DNA of 64,000 nucleotides from an uncultured Gammaproteobacteria bacterium (GTDB taxonomy: Bacteria > Patescibacteriota > Patescibacteriia > XYB2-FULL-38-15): contig OZ246416.1 in assembly GCA_965231095.1 (NCBI GenBank), forward strand, positions 50,938-114,937, given 5' to 3'. The notes beneath the pieces were generated by a model, which ran no database searches, was not told the origin of the DNA, and saw nothing but the letters and a program-made list of their open reading frames with translations. The position numbers and the translations under genes were made by a program. Below, piece by piece: positions 20,518 to 29,248 of this stretch. Numbering within the stretch: the first letter of the stretch is position 1; each line of letters opens with the position of its first letter.

Positions 20518-21969
20518 ATGAAAAAACTCATCGCGAAAAAAGTATTTTTTGGGGTGGCGATTTTTGTTGTCACCTTTTTGCCATTTGGCCTCGGCGCCCA
20601 ATCTTTAGAATACGATTTGGGCATAAGCGCGGGTGATATTTTCTTTTCAGAGGCAACTTTAATCGCGGGCAAGCCAATGAGGCTTTATGCCTCCATAAGA
20701 AATTATGGCACGAGAGATGTTTCGGGTTATGCCACTTTTTATTCGGGTCCAACCATTATTGGTTCATCGCAAGTCGTTTCAGTGCGCGCCGGCGGTTATA
20801 GCGACGAAGTTTTTGTTGACTGGACCATTCCCGAAGGAAGTTTCAATGTGAAAGTTGATATAAATGGCCAATTGCCTCAAGATCAAAATCCATCCAACGA
20901 TTCGGCCCTGACTGGAATGTTTTTTCCGGAAAAAGATACCGATGGCGATGGAGTGATTGATAAAAATGACAATTGCCCCAGCATGGCGAATTCCAACCAA
21001 ACAGATACCGACGGCGATGGAATAGGAAATGTTTGCGATGCCGACGATGATAATGACGGATTGACTGATGTAAAAGAACAAGAAATCGGGACAGATCAAC
21101 TTGATTCAGATACTGACAATGACGGAGTTTTAGACGGCCAAGATAATTGCCCAAAAGTTTCCAACGCGAACCAAGCCGATAAAGACAAAGATGGCGCGGG
21201 TGATGCTTGCGATTCAGTTGATAATAGCGGTCCGCCGCCAAGTTCTGGCGGTGGCTCCTCCTCTCCGGTTGATACAGATGGAGACGGAGTGGCCGACGGC
21301 CGTGATAATTGTAAAACAGTGGCTAACGCTTCCCAGGCAGACAACGATAAAGACGGGATCGGAGATGTTTGCGATTCTGATGATGATAATGACGGAGTGA
21401 GCGACGTCGACGAAGGAAAAACCGGGACTGATCCAAAAAATTCAGATACTGATAATGATGGGACAAAAGACGGCGATGATGCCGCGCCATTGAATCAAGA
21501 TGAAAGTGGTGTCTTAGGCGAAGAGGGTGGAGAGGGTGAGGATGTTTTAGTAGGCGGAGGAACTCTCAGGGGCGACGATTTTTCCGGACAAACCACGGGA
21601 CTAGAAAATATATTTATTGATTCATCCCAACTAAGTTGGAATACTTTTATTTTTAAAGTCAGAGATAATTCCGGAATGGAAAATTTAAGTTATGACTGGG
21701 ATTTAGGGGATAATACGGCCGCCTCCGGAAGCGAAGCCCAGCATTCCTACGGAAAGTCGGGGACGTACCTTGTAATTTTAAGCATTAATGACGGAGCGGG
21801 CGTTGTGAAAAAAGTTCCGACCACCGTGCGAGTAAGTTTCTTGTCAGTAAAAAATCCATACCTCTCTTTCCCGCTCGGAATTTTGTTTGGCTTGACAATT
21901 CTTTTCGGAACCAGAAAATGGTTAAAGAAGAAAAATGAATTGAACGAGATAGACGGAGAAATTAAATAG
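20518..21969 (+). CDS. secreted calcium-binding surface protein with thrombospondin type-3 repeats and a PKD-like domain, C-terminal TM anchor
   Basis: Signal peptide MKKLIAKKVFFGVAIFVVTFL; repeated DTDGDGVxDxxDNCPxxxNxxQxDxDxDGxGDxCD units; YDWDLGDNTAASGSEAQHSYGKSGTYLVILSINDGAG PKD signature; C-terminal hydrophobic helix. Confidence 0.7.
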   Translation: MKKLIAKKVFFGVAIFVVTFLPFGLGAQSLEYDLGISAGDIFFSEATLIAGKPMRLYASIRNYGTRDVSGYATFYSGPTIIGSSQVVSVRAGGYSDEVFVDWTIPEGSFNVKVDINGQLPQDQNPSNDSALTGMFFPEKDTDGDGVIDKNDNCPSMANSNQTDTDGDGIGNVCDADDDNDGLTDVKEQEIGTDQLDSDTDNDGVLDGQDNCPKVSNANQADKDKDGAGDACDSVDNSGPPPSSGGGSSSPVDTDGDGVADGRDNCKTVANASQADNDKDGIGDVCDSDDDNDGVSDVDEGKTGTDPKNSDTDNDGTKDGDDAAPLNQDESGVLGEEGGEGEDVLVGGGTLRGDDFSGQTTGLENIFIDSSQLSWNTFIFKVRDNSGMENLSYDWDLGDNTAASGSEAQHSYGKSGTYLVILSINDGAGVVKKVPTTVRVSFLSVKNPYLSFPLGILFGLTILFGTRKWLKKKNELNEIDGEIK

Positions 21970-21996
21970 ATTTAAAAATATTTTTAAGGAGGTACT

Positions 21997-23178
21997 ATGG
22001 CAAAAAACAAAACATCGCGAAAACATGAGGCGCCGGTCAGTTTTTATAGAAAAATCGCTTTTGTTTTCGTGGCGCTGACGAGTGTTTTAATAATTTTCGC
22101 GGCGTACTTTGTTTTGAGTAGGGCCGAGATAACCGTGACTATTGCCAAGGAATCGGTCAGTACGGATTTTATTGCCGACTTGAAGGAAGTGGCTGTGCAA
22201 AATCCGGCCGAGCCGTCGGTTGCCGTGCCCGGCGCGGCGACAATTTCGGGAAAAGTTACGGAAGCGACTGTTTCGGGAAGCGAAGAGTATCCGACTACCG
22301 GGAAGAAAACCGCGGAAGGGGAGGTGGGCGGGACGGTTACAATTTTTAACAATTACAGCAAAGACCAGCCGCTTGTGGCGACCACGCGATTGCTTTCTTC
22401 AGAAGGTATTTTATATCGTCTAAAAAACAGAGTTAACGTCCCAGCCGGCGGCAAAGTGGAAAATGTGGAAGTCTACGCCGACACGCCCTCGGAGGCGGCA
22501 TCAAAACTCGGGCCGACAAAATTTACCATTCCCGGACTTTGGGAAGGATTACAAGATAAAATTTATGCCCAGAGTTTTGGGGCGATGCACGGCGGAGAGC
22601 AAGAAGTTAAATTTGCCACACAAGCTGATCTGGATAATGCTTACGCCGATTTAACAAAAACTCTTTCGGAACAACTATTGAATGATTTAAAAAAGGAAAT
22701 GCCCTCGGCCGGAGAGATTTTTGGAAAAGTTGTAATAAAAGAAATTTCTGAAAAACGCAGTAGTCTTAAGGCAGACGCCGTGGGAGATAAATTTACCATC
22801 AACTTGAAAATGAAAGTTATTGGCATCGCTTTTTACAAGCGAGATTTGGAAAGTTTGGCATGGCAAGAATTGAGCGCGAAAATTCCGGCGGATAAAGAGT
22901 TAAAGAGCGTTGATTATGAAGGCATGACTTTCCTGGTGGAAAAATATGATGTGGAAAGCGGCGAGGCAAATATTTTAGTTCATCTTGCCGGAGAGATGGC
23001 TCTGAAAGTTGACAGCTCCATTTTTGACAAAGATAAATTTATCGGACTCTCCAAGGAAAAAATAATCCAGTATCTGTCTATTTATCCGGAGATTGAACGC
23101 ATCACCATAAAATTTTCTCCTTTCTGGGTGAAAAAAGTTCCGCAGATAAAAAATAATATCAGCATCATTGTTAAATAA
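21997..23178 (+). CDS. hypothetical membrane-anchored protein
   Basis: 393 aa, N-terminal TM (IAFVFVALTSVLIIFAAYFVL), no recognised domain. Confidence 0.5.
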   Translation: MAKNKTSRKHEAPVSFYRKIAFVFVALTSVLIIFAAYFVLSRAEITVTIAKESVSTDFIADLKEVAVQNPAEPSVAVPGAATISGKVTEATVSGSEEYPTTGKKTAEGEVGGTVTIFNNYSKDQPLVATTRLLSSEGILYRLKNRVNVPAGGKVENVEVYADTPSEAASKLGPTKFTIPGLWEGLQDKIYAQSFGAMHGGEQEVKFATQADLDNAYADLTKTLSEQLLNDLKKEMPSAGEIFGKVVIKEISEKRSSLKADAVGDKFTINLKMKVIGIAFYKRDLESLAWQELSAKIPADKELKSVDYEGMTFLVEKYDVESGEANILVHLAGEMALKVDSSIFDKDKFIGLSKEKIIQYLSIYPEIERITIKFSPFWVKKVPQIKNNISIIVK

Positions 23179-23302
23179 AGGGCTTCGCCCTGTGTTATCT
23201 GCACTCGCTCGGAAATGAATAAATTCATTTCTCTTACTCGCTTGATAATAAAAAATTTATATTTATAGAATCTTTGTAAATGGGGGAGACAAAGTTTTAT
23301 TT

Positions 23303-25087
23303 ATGAATAAAGAAAAATTGGAAATGATGAGACATTCCGCGGCACATGTTTTGGCAGCCGCTGTTTTGGAGTTATATCCGACCGCGAAATTCGGAGTGGG
23401 GCCGGTTGTGGAAAATGGATTTTATTATGATTTTGAATTGGGAAAAAATTTGACCGTGGCTGATTTGCCAAAAATTGAAAGTAAAATGCGCGAAATTATA
23501 AAAAGGAATTTGCCCTTTGAAAGACAAGAATTGTCGCGCGAAGAAGCAATCAAACTTTTTGAACAATATAAACAGCCGTATAAATTGGAATTGTTGCGCG
23601 AGGGAACGGTGGGCGTTGAAGGGAAAATGGAATCGCTTGGTGAACGCGTCACAATTTATAAAACCGGAAAATTTACCGATCTTTGCCGGGGGCCGCATAT
23701 CCCGACGACGCGGGGGATCGGCGTTTTTAAATTGACGACCGTGGCCGGCGCGTATTGGCGCGGCGATGAAAATAAGCCGATGCTCCAGCGGATTTATGGT
23801 GTGGCTTTTGAAACGCAGAAAGAATTGGATGAATATTTGAAAATGCGGGAAGAAGCAGAAAAACGAGATCATAGAAAGCTTGGAAAAGATCTGCAGATAT
23901 TTTCCTTCAGTGATTTTGTCGGTCCGGGTTTGCCGCTTTGGCTTCCGAACGGCGCAGTGGTTATTAATGAATTGGAAAAATTAGCGAAAGAAACGGAGCG
24001 CGAAGCCGGGTATCTTGAAGTCAGAACGCCGCATGTTGCCAAGGAAGAAATGTATTTAAAATCCGGGCATCTTCCGTACTATAAAGACAGCATGTTTCCT
24101 CCAATGATTATGATGGAAGAAAATGGCCAAAAGACGACGTATTACCTGAAAGCGATGAATTGTCCGCACCATCATCAAATTTTTGCGGCCGATCCCAAGA
24201 GTTATCGCGATATGCCGCTCCGACTCGCGGAATATGGAACTTGTTATCGTTATGAAAAAAGCGGTGAACTTTTTGGTTTGATGCGCGTTCGGATGCTCTC
24301 CATGAACGATGCCCATATTTATTGCACTGAAGAACAATTTGCTAATGAGTTTATGGGCGTGATAAAACTTTATTTGAAATATTTTAAAATTTTCGGAATC
24401 AAAAAATACGTGATGCGGTTAAGTTTGCACAGCAAAGAGGGTTTGGGCAAAAAATATATTGATAACCCCGAACTTTGGAAAAAAACAGAAGAGATGGTGC
24501 GAGCGGCGATGAAAAAAGGAAAAGTTTCTTTTGTGGAGGTGGCTGACGAGGCGGCATTTTACGGGCCGAAAATTGATGTGCAAATTTGGAGCGCGATCGG
24601 CCGGGAGTTTACGCTCGCCACCAATCAAGTTGATTTTGCCGTGCCGGAAAGATTCGGTCTGGCTTACAAAGATGCTGACGGAAAAGATAAAACGCCGATT
24701 TGCATTCATCGCGCGCCCCTCTCCACTCATGAACGAATGATCGGATTTTTGCTTGAGCATTATGCTGGGGCTTTTCCGACGTGGCTCGCGCCCGTGCAGG
24801 TAGCCGTGATTCCGGTTGGCAAGCGCCACGTTAAGGCATCGCAGAAGTTGGGAAAAGAATTACGTGCAGAGGGGATTAGAGTTCAGGTCGAAGACGCCAA
24901 CGAAACAGTTGGTTACAAGATCAGAAAAGCGGAAAAACAAAAAGCGCCGTATATGCTCGTGATCGGAGATAAGGAAATGGGTGGGAAGAAGTTAAACGTC
25001 CGCGTCCGCGGTAAACAAAAGACCGTAGCGATGACCGTGAAGAAATTTATTGAAAAAGTTAAGACGGAAATTGATAAGAGAAAATAA
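23303..25087 (+). CDS. thrS: threonine--tRNA ligase (lacks N-terminal TGS domain)
   Basis: Begins at second additional domain (HSAAHVLAAAV...GFYYDFEL), class II core, anticodon-binding domain; 594 aa. Confidence 0.9.
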   Translation: MNKEKLEMMRHSAAHVLAAAVLELYPTAKFGVGPVVENGFYYDFELGKNLTVADLPKIESKMREIIKRNLPFERQELSREEAIKLFEQYKQPYKLELLREGTVGVEGKMESLGERVTIYKTGKFTDLCRGPHIPTTRGIGVFKLTTVAGAYWRGDENKPMLQRIYGVAFETQKELDEYLKMREEAEKRDHRKLGKDLQIFSFSDFVGPGLPLWLPNGAVVINELEKLAKETEREAGYLEVRTPHVAKEEMYLKSGHLPYYKDSMFPPMIMMEENGQKTTYYLKAMNCPHHHQIFAADPKSYRDMPLRLAEYGTCYRYEKSGELFGLMRVRMLSMNDAHIYCTEEQFANEFMGVIKLYLKYFKIFGIKKYVMRLSLHSKEGLGKKYIDNPELWKKTEEMVRAAMKKGKVSFVEVADEAAFYGPKIDVQIWSAIGREFTLATNQVDFAVPERFGLAYKDADGKDKTPICIHRAPLSTHERMIGFLLEHYAGAFPTWLAPVQVAVIPVGKRHVKASQKLGKELRAEGIRVQVEDANETVGYKIRKAEKQKAPYMLVIGDKEMGGKKLNVRVRGKQKTVAMTVKKFIEKVKTEIDKRK

Positions 25088-25115
25088 TGGATCTAAATCT
25101 ACAAAATAACAAAAA

Positions 25116-25138
25116 CCCGCCGGCGAGGCGGGTTTTTT
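25116..25138 (+). terminator. bidirectional intrinsic terminator between thrS and the convergent PP2C gene
   Basis: aaaaacCCGCCggcgaGGCGGGtttttt. Confidence 0.7.
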
Positions 25139-25145
25139 AACATAT

Positions 25146-26522
25146 TTAAGCTACTTTGGATTTTATTCTATCAATGGTTTCTTGATCTCGCGCCTTAAGA
25201 TGTTTTTCTCTGGTTTCCCGGAGTTCGCGAAGCTGCTCAGTTATTTTTTGCATGTCCGCGATATTTCCTTGATGTTCCGCAAGGTTACGTTCCATTTGGA
25301 GAATTTCCGTTTGAGTTGTGTAAAGCGTGTCTTCCACACCGCGCGCTCCGCCCAATACCATAATTTCTTCCAATCTTTTTTTACTGGTCAGCGGCTTTAA
25401 TCCTTTTTCCATGGTTTTAGCCATAGGTAAAAGTTTTCCAAGATACTCGGACATTTCCCGGAGTTTTTGGAGATCAACCTCTATTTTAGCGGCTTGCTCG
25501 GGAGTGATAGTTGGTTCCTCGGCCGCTTCCATGGCTTCAATCTTTTCTGGAACCTCAATAACAAGCGCAGTTTTATCATCTTCTTTAGATCTTAAAACTT
25601 TTTTAGCAACACGTTTTCCTGCCGCCTCAACAAGCCGCGCGGAAATTTCCGCTGGCGTTCCGCCTTTTATCATTTCTAACTGAATTTCCTCATCGGTTAG
25701 ATTATCGTGGATACCATCAGAAGTAACAACTGTTAGGTCGCCCGGCTCAAGGTGTTCAATGCCTGTTTGAAATTCACATCCGTTAAGTCCAAGGGCGCTC
25801 TTTACGCCTCGTCGTAAATCTTTGTAAAGAAGGGCTACGGTTTTACCTCTTTCCGGTCCGAATTTTTGAATTATTTCCTCTTTGCTGGTCGCTTGGTCAA
25901 TAAAATCGGCCTCTTCTTTTGTAATGTATTTGTTTTGAACAGCTTCTTCTAGGGCGCCTTGATCTTTCGTTAGTCTTTTAAATTCCTTACCTCCCTTTAA
26001 AACATAAATTCTACTGTCGCCAGTGTGACCGAATACCAAGTCGGCGCCGCCGTCTGGTTGTTCAAGCATTTTTATGATAGAAGCTGTTGTTCCTGCAGGG
26101 GACATTCCCTTTTCCATAATTAATTCTTGGATTTTATCTTGGGGTTGGTCTTTATAGGCGGCTTCAGTAAAGGGGTCGTCTAATTGTTCAAAAAAAAGAT
26201 GGTTGCCTAATTTTATAACTTCTTCTTGAGTTTTTTCTAGGGCTCGTCTAATAGCAGTCTCCCATTTTTTGGCATCGACCCCCTCGGGGACTCGAGCTAG
26301 CTCTTCAGAAGAAATTTTGGCAGCTAATTCACTAGTTTGTTTTCCAGCCAAACCACCGCCCATGCCATCAAAAAGACCAGATAATTCTTTTTGGGCGTCT
26401 ACAAAAGTAGAGTCTTCATTGTCGGGATGGTTTTTTGATTTTTCAGAAGTTTTTGCGATATGGGCCGCAATTTTTTCTATTTCTGGCGCCGCAATTTTTT
26501 CTGCCCTTGAAGTTTGTGGCAT
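25146..26522 (-). CDS. PPM/PP2C-family Ser/Thr protein phosphatase with long C-terminal coiled-coil extension
   Basis: PP2C motifs LFDGMGG, TGDSRIYVL, VVTSDGIHDNL; C-terminal ~200 aa Glu/Lys-rich predicted coiled coil. Confidence 0.65.
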   Translation of the reverse strand: MPQTSRAEKIAAPEIEKIAAHIAKTSEKSKNHPDNEDSTFVDAQKELSGLFDGMGGGLAGKQTSELAAKISSEELARVPEGVDAKKWETAIRRALEKTQEEVIKLGNHLFFEQLDDPFTEAAYKDQPQDKIQELIMEKGMSPAGTTASIIKMLEQPDGGADLVFGHTGDSRIYVLKGGKEFKRLTKDQGALEEAVQNKYITKEEADFIDQATSKEEIIQKFGPERGKTVALLYKDLRRGVKSALGLNGCEFQTGIEHLEPGDLTVVTSDGIHDNLTDEEIQLEMIKGGTPAEISARLVEAAGKRVAKKVLRSKEDDKTALVIEVPEKIEAMEAAEEPTITPEQAAKIEVDLQKLREMSEYLGKLLPMAKTMEKGLKPLTSKKRLEEIMVLGGARGVEDTLYTTQTEILQMERNLAEHQGNIADMQKITEQLRELRETREKHLKARDQETIDRIKSKVA

Positions 26523-26650
26523 ATAAATTAATCAAGAATTATTCTTTTATTTTAACATAAAATCATAGCTTATTTAAGAGAAAAAGTCAACCCTACGTAA
26601 AAAATAAAAAAAAGGGGACCGAAGCGCTTTTTCGCGTCGATCCCATGCGG

Positions 26651-27055
26651 TCACGAGGTTTCCTTGACCTCGTGTATTTTGTCCTCCTTGGTGGCGACAA
26701 ACGACTTTTCTTGTTCACCAGCCACAAAGACGATTTCTAGCGTTTTCCACTCCCCGAGGGGTTCTTCGCGGCCCGTTTTCGGGTCGCGGAACTCAATCCT
26801 CGCATAATGGATGTTCTCTTCGTTCGAAAAATGATGGAGCCCCTGACAGCGTCCTCCATCAAGAGTCCGCTCGCCGCCGTTCACAATGAAGCGGAAAATC
26901 ACGTGGCTGGTGATCCAGTGGTAATTCACATCACCGGTTGCAGCCAAGCGAAGGTAAAGGCAGCCGTTCATGTAGTCGAGGTCAAGCCTCGTGATTCGGT
27001 CCAAGAGTTGCCGATGGAGTCTGCCATCGGCGAAGATACTTTTTACTTCACCCAT
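26651..27055 (-). CDS. GC-rich island A: hypothetical 134-aa protein, no recognisable domain
   Basis: ~58% GC versus ~38% for flanks; strong SD aaaGGAGtacgATG; upstream TTGACA-N17-TAAGAT promoter (27101-27129, minus); hairpin overlapping stop. Confidence 0.55.
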   Translation of the reverse strand: MGEVKSIFADGRLHRQLLDRITRLDLDYMNGCLYLRLAATGDVNYHWITSHVIFRFIVNGGERTLDGGRCQGLHHFSNEENIHYARIEFRDPKTGREEPLGEWKTLEIVFVAGEQEKSFVATKEDKIHEVKETS

Positions 27056-27100
27056 GGCGTACTCCTTTCTTTTGCCACGCGCTCCTTGTGGAGACCTCTT

Positions 27101-27129
27101 ATCTTATAATGATATCATAAATTTGTCAA
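27101..27129 (-). promoter_or_regulatory. sigma70-type promoter of island A (TTGACA-N17-TAAGAT, minus strand)
   Basis: Minus-strand reading cTTGACAaatttatgatatcattaTAAGATaag; contrasts with native extended -10 promoters. Confidence 0.5.
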
Positions 27130-27173
27130 GCCTTGAAGAAAGTAAGGTTTTTTGATAGAATAATTTTACGAGT

Positions 27174-28460
27174 ATGAAAAAATATTTTATTATTTCCTAC
27201 GGCTGCCAAATGAATAAGAGCGATTCCGAGCGAGTGGCGGCGGCGCTGGAAAAAATCGGTTATAAGCCCGCTCGGAGCGAAGCGCAGGCTGATTTGGTTG
27301 TGCTCGTAGCGTGCTCCGTGCGGCAGGCGGCGGTGGATCGGCTTTTTGGGAAAGCAAGAGAGTTGGCCAAACTTAAAACTCATAACTTAAAACTTAAAAC
27401 AGTTTTAACCGGTTGCGTTTTGCCGCAGGACAAGAAAAAATTTATAGGCAAATTTGATTTTATTTTAAATTTAGAAGATATCTCAAAATTAAAAAATCCA
27501 AAATCCAAGATACAAGATACTAAATACAAAATACTAAACACGGGCTATTTGCACCTTCAGCCGCGGCGTACGGAAAAATTTCGCGCTTACGTGCCGATTA
27601 TGACCGGCTGTAATAATTTTTGTTCATACTGCGCCGTGCCTTATGTCCGGGGAAGGGAAGCAAGCCGCCCAGCCGCCGAAGTCCTGGCCGAAATAAAAAA
27701 TTTAGCAAAAAATGGCTGCCTTGAGGTGACACTTCTTGGACAAAATGTAAATGCTTATCGGCCGAGTGACGTGAAAATTTTTTCCAAAAAAAATCCATAT
27801 AAGCATCCTTTTGCCGCGCTCTTATGGGAAGCAAATCAAACCCCGGGTATAGAGCGAATATTTTTTACCGCGCCGCATCCGCGCGATATGACGGACGATG
27901 TAATTCGCGCTCTGACTTTACCCAAAATGGTAAATTATTTGCATCTGCCGGTGCAGGCGGGCGATGATGAAGTTTTAAAACGGATGAATCGCCGTTATAC
28001 CGTGGCAGATTATTTAAAATTGGTGGCGAAAATAAAAAAGAAAAAACCGGGCATCGCGCTCGGCACGGATATTATTGTTGGATTTCCCGGCGAAACCAAA
28101 AAGGCGTTTCAAAATACTGTGGAACTTTATAAAAAAGCGGATTTTGATATCGCGTATCTGGCAATATACTCGCCACGGCAGGGGACAGCGGCAGCGAAAT
28201 TAGTTGATGATGTTCCGCGGCAAGAGAAAAAACGTCGGCGGGATATTTTGCAAAAGTTAATGGAGAAAATAGTTTTAGAAAAAAATCAAAAGTATGTCGG
28301 AAAGACAGTGTCAGTTTTGGTTGATAAATTTAAAAACGGCCAGTGTGTCGGTAATTCGCGGGAAATGAAAGTAGTACGATTTTCCGGAAAGAAAAATATG
28401 GTTGGGAAAATTTTTGAGGTTAAAGTTAAAAAAGCGTTGGAGTGGATTTTGGAAGGATAA
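27174..28460 (+). CDS. miaB: radical-SAM methylthiotransferase, MiaB/RimO family, with in-frame low-complexity insert
   Basis: MTTase N-domain YGCQMNKSDSE, radical SAM CNNFCSYC, C-terminal TRAM domain; tandem DNA repeats at 27375-27410 and 27490-27545 encode KLKTHNLKLKT and KSKIQDTKYKILNTG. Confidence 0.8.
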   Translation: MKKYFIISYGCQMNKSDSERVAAALEKIGYKPARSEAQADLVVLVACSVRQAAVDRLFGKARELAKLKTHNLKLKTVLTGCVLPQDKKKFIGKFDFILNLEDISKLKNPKSKIQDTKYKILNTGYLHLQPRRTEKFRAYVPIMTGCNNFCSYCAVPYVRGREASRPAAEVLAEIKNLAKNGCLEVTLLGQNVNAYRPSDVKIFSKKNPYKHPFAALLWEANQTPGIERIFFTAPHPRDMTDDVIRALTLPKMVNYLHLPVQAGDDEVLKRMNRRYTVADYLKLVAKIKKKKPGIALGTDIIVGFPGETKKAFQNTVELYKKADFDIAYLAIYSPRQGTAAAKLVDDVPRQEKKRRRDILQKLMEKIVLEKNQKYVGKTVSVLVDKFKNGQCVGNSREMKVVRFSGKKNMVGKIFEVKVKKALEWILEG

Positions 28461-28495
28461 AAAAAGGGCTCGCTTTGAGGTGGAGCCCGTACCAT
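28461..28495 (-). terminator. intrinsic terminator of island B operon (also downstream of miaB)
   Basis: Minus strand GGGCTCcacctcaaagcGAGCCCttttttt. Confidence 0.6.
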
Positions 28496-28505
28496 TTGCT
28501 GTCCG

Positions 28506-28754
28506 CTAGCCGATCCTTTGGACGACTTTGACATCGTGGATCTTCTGGACGTCGAACCAGTGAGTTGCTTCGCAGAGCGGTTTGTGGGGTTGATCGTACC
28601 CGCAGGGCAAGAGTTGGAAGATGTGACCATGGACCGTGATCACCTCGCCGATAAAAGCGTCCCATGGGTCGACCCACAATTGTTTTCCCTCTTTAGCCGT
28701 CTTCACAAAAGAGATCAACTTGCCGAGGTACCTTTCGGCCGATGCTTCAGCCAT
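28506..28754 (-). CDS. GC-rich island B gene 3: 83-aa soluble His/Cys-containing protein (hypothetical)
   Basis: MAEASAERYLGK...ITVHGHIFQLLPCGYDQPHKPLCEATHW; SD GAGGAGGAGG; start overlaps stop of upstream gene (gATGgcTGA). Confidence 0.55.
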   Translation of the reverse strand: MAEASAERYLGKLISFVKTAKEGKQLWVDPWDAFIGEVITVHGHIFQLLPCGYDQPHKPLCEATHWFDVQKIHDVKVVQRIG

Positions 28755-28980
28755 CGTCTTCCTCCTCCTCTTCTTCGCAGTTTTTCTTGCGGGCGCGGCG
28801 GAGAGATTCAGCCACGCAAATGACAAGGACGACGGTCATGCCGACAAGCACGGCGATCATGTAGGCCTTTCGCCAGAAGGTCAGTCCCTCGGCGGGAAGA
28901 ACCACAATGACGCCGATCACGCAGAGAATCGCGAGTAGGGCGAAGAACAGAGCGCGTAGCACGCTCCAGAGTTGTTTCAT
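28747..28980 (-). CDS. GC-rich island B gene 2: 77-aa two-TM membrane protein with poly-Glu/Asp C-terminal tail (holin-like topology)
   Basis: MKQLWSVLRALFFALLAILCVIGVIVVLPAEGLTFWRKAYMIAVLVGMTVVLVICVAESLRRARKKNCEEEEEEDDG; SD GGGGGGAG; ATGA start/stop overlap with gene 1. Confidence 0.55.
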   Translation of the reverse strand: MKQLWSVLRALFFALLAILCVIGVIVVLPAEGLTFWRKAYMIAVLVGMTVVLVICVAESLRRARKKNCEEEEEEDDG

Positions 28981-29210
28981 GGGCGTGACTCCCCCCAACG
29001 CCGCCGGGCGAAAAGCGATGCCACCGAGGTGCCGACAACCGAAAGAGCAATCCCGACGAAGCATCCAAGGATCACTTCCGTCTTCAGCTCTCCGAAGAGG
29101 TTGGTATGCGCCGCCAGGGGAATCGCCGCGGCCAGGGTGCATCCGATCAGGGCGAAGACGAGCAGACAACGGCCCGTCCTATCCTCACGTCGCGATTCTT
29201 CAAGAGTCAT
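28977..29210 (-). CDS. GC-rich island B gene 1: 77-aa two-TM membrane protein (holin/antiholin-like topology)
   Basis: MTLEESRREDRTGRCLLVFALIGCTLAAAIPLAAHTNLFGELKTEVILGCFVGIALSVVGTSVASLFARRRWGESRP; SD GGAGGAAG 2 nt before ATG. Confidence 0.55.
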   Translation of the reverse strand: MTLEESRREDRTGRCLLVFALIGCTLAAAIPLAAHTNLFGELKTEVILGCFVGIALSVVGTSVASLFARRRWGESRP

Positions 29211-29248
29211 GGCTTCCTCCTTTGCCACTTATAAGTTAATATAAAAAG

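Noticed and set aside
20464-21969. Diversity-generating retroelement target (C-type lectin variable repeat) hypothesis for the surface-protein genes
   Set aside because: No reverse transcriptase gene and no template/variable repeat pair with adenine-specific mismatches was seen in the window.
23179-23302. T-box riboswitch upstream of thrS
   Set aside because: Leader is only ~124 nt and lacks the specifier loop / T-box consensus (AATTAGGGTGGNACCGCG-like).
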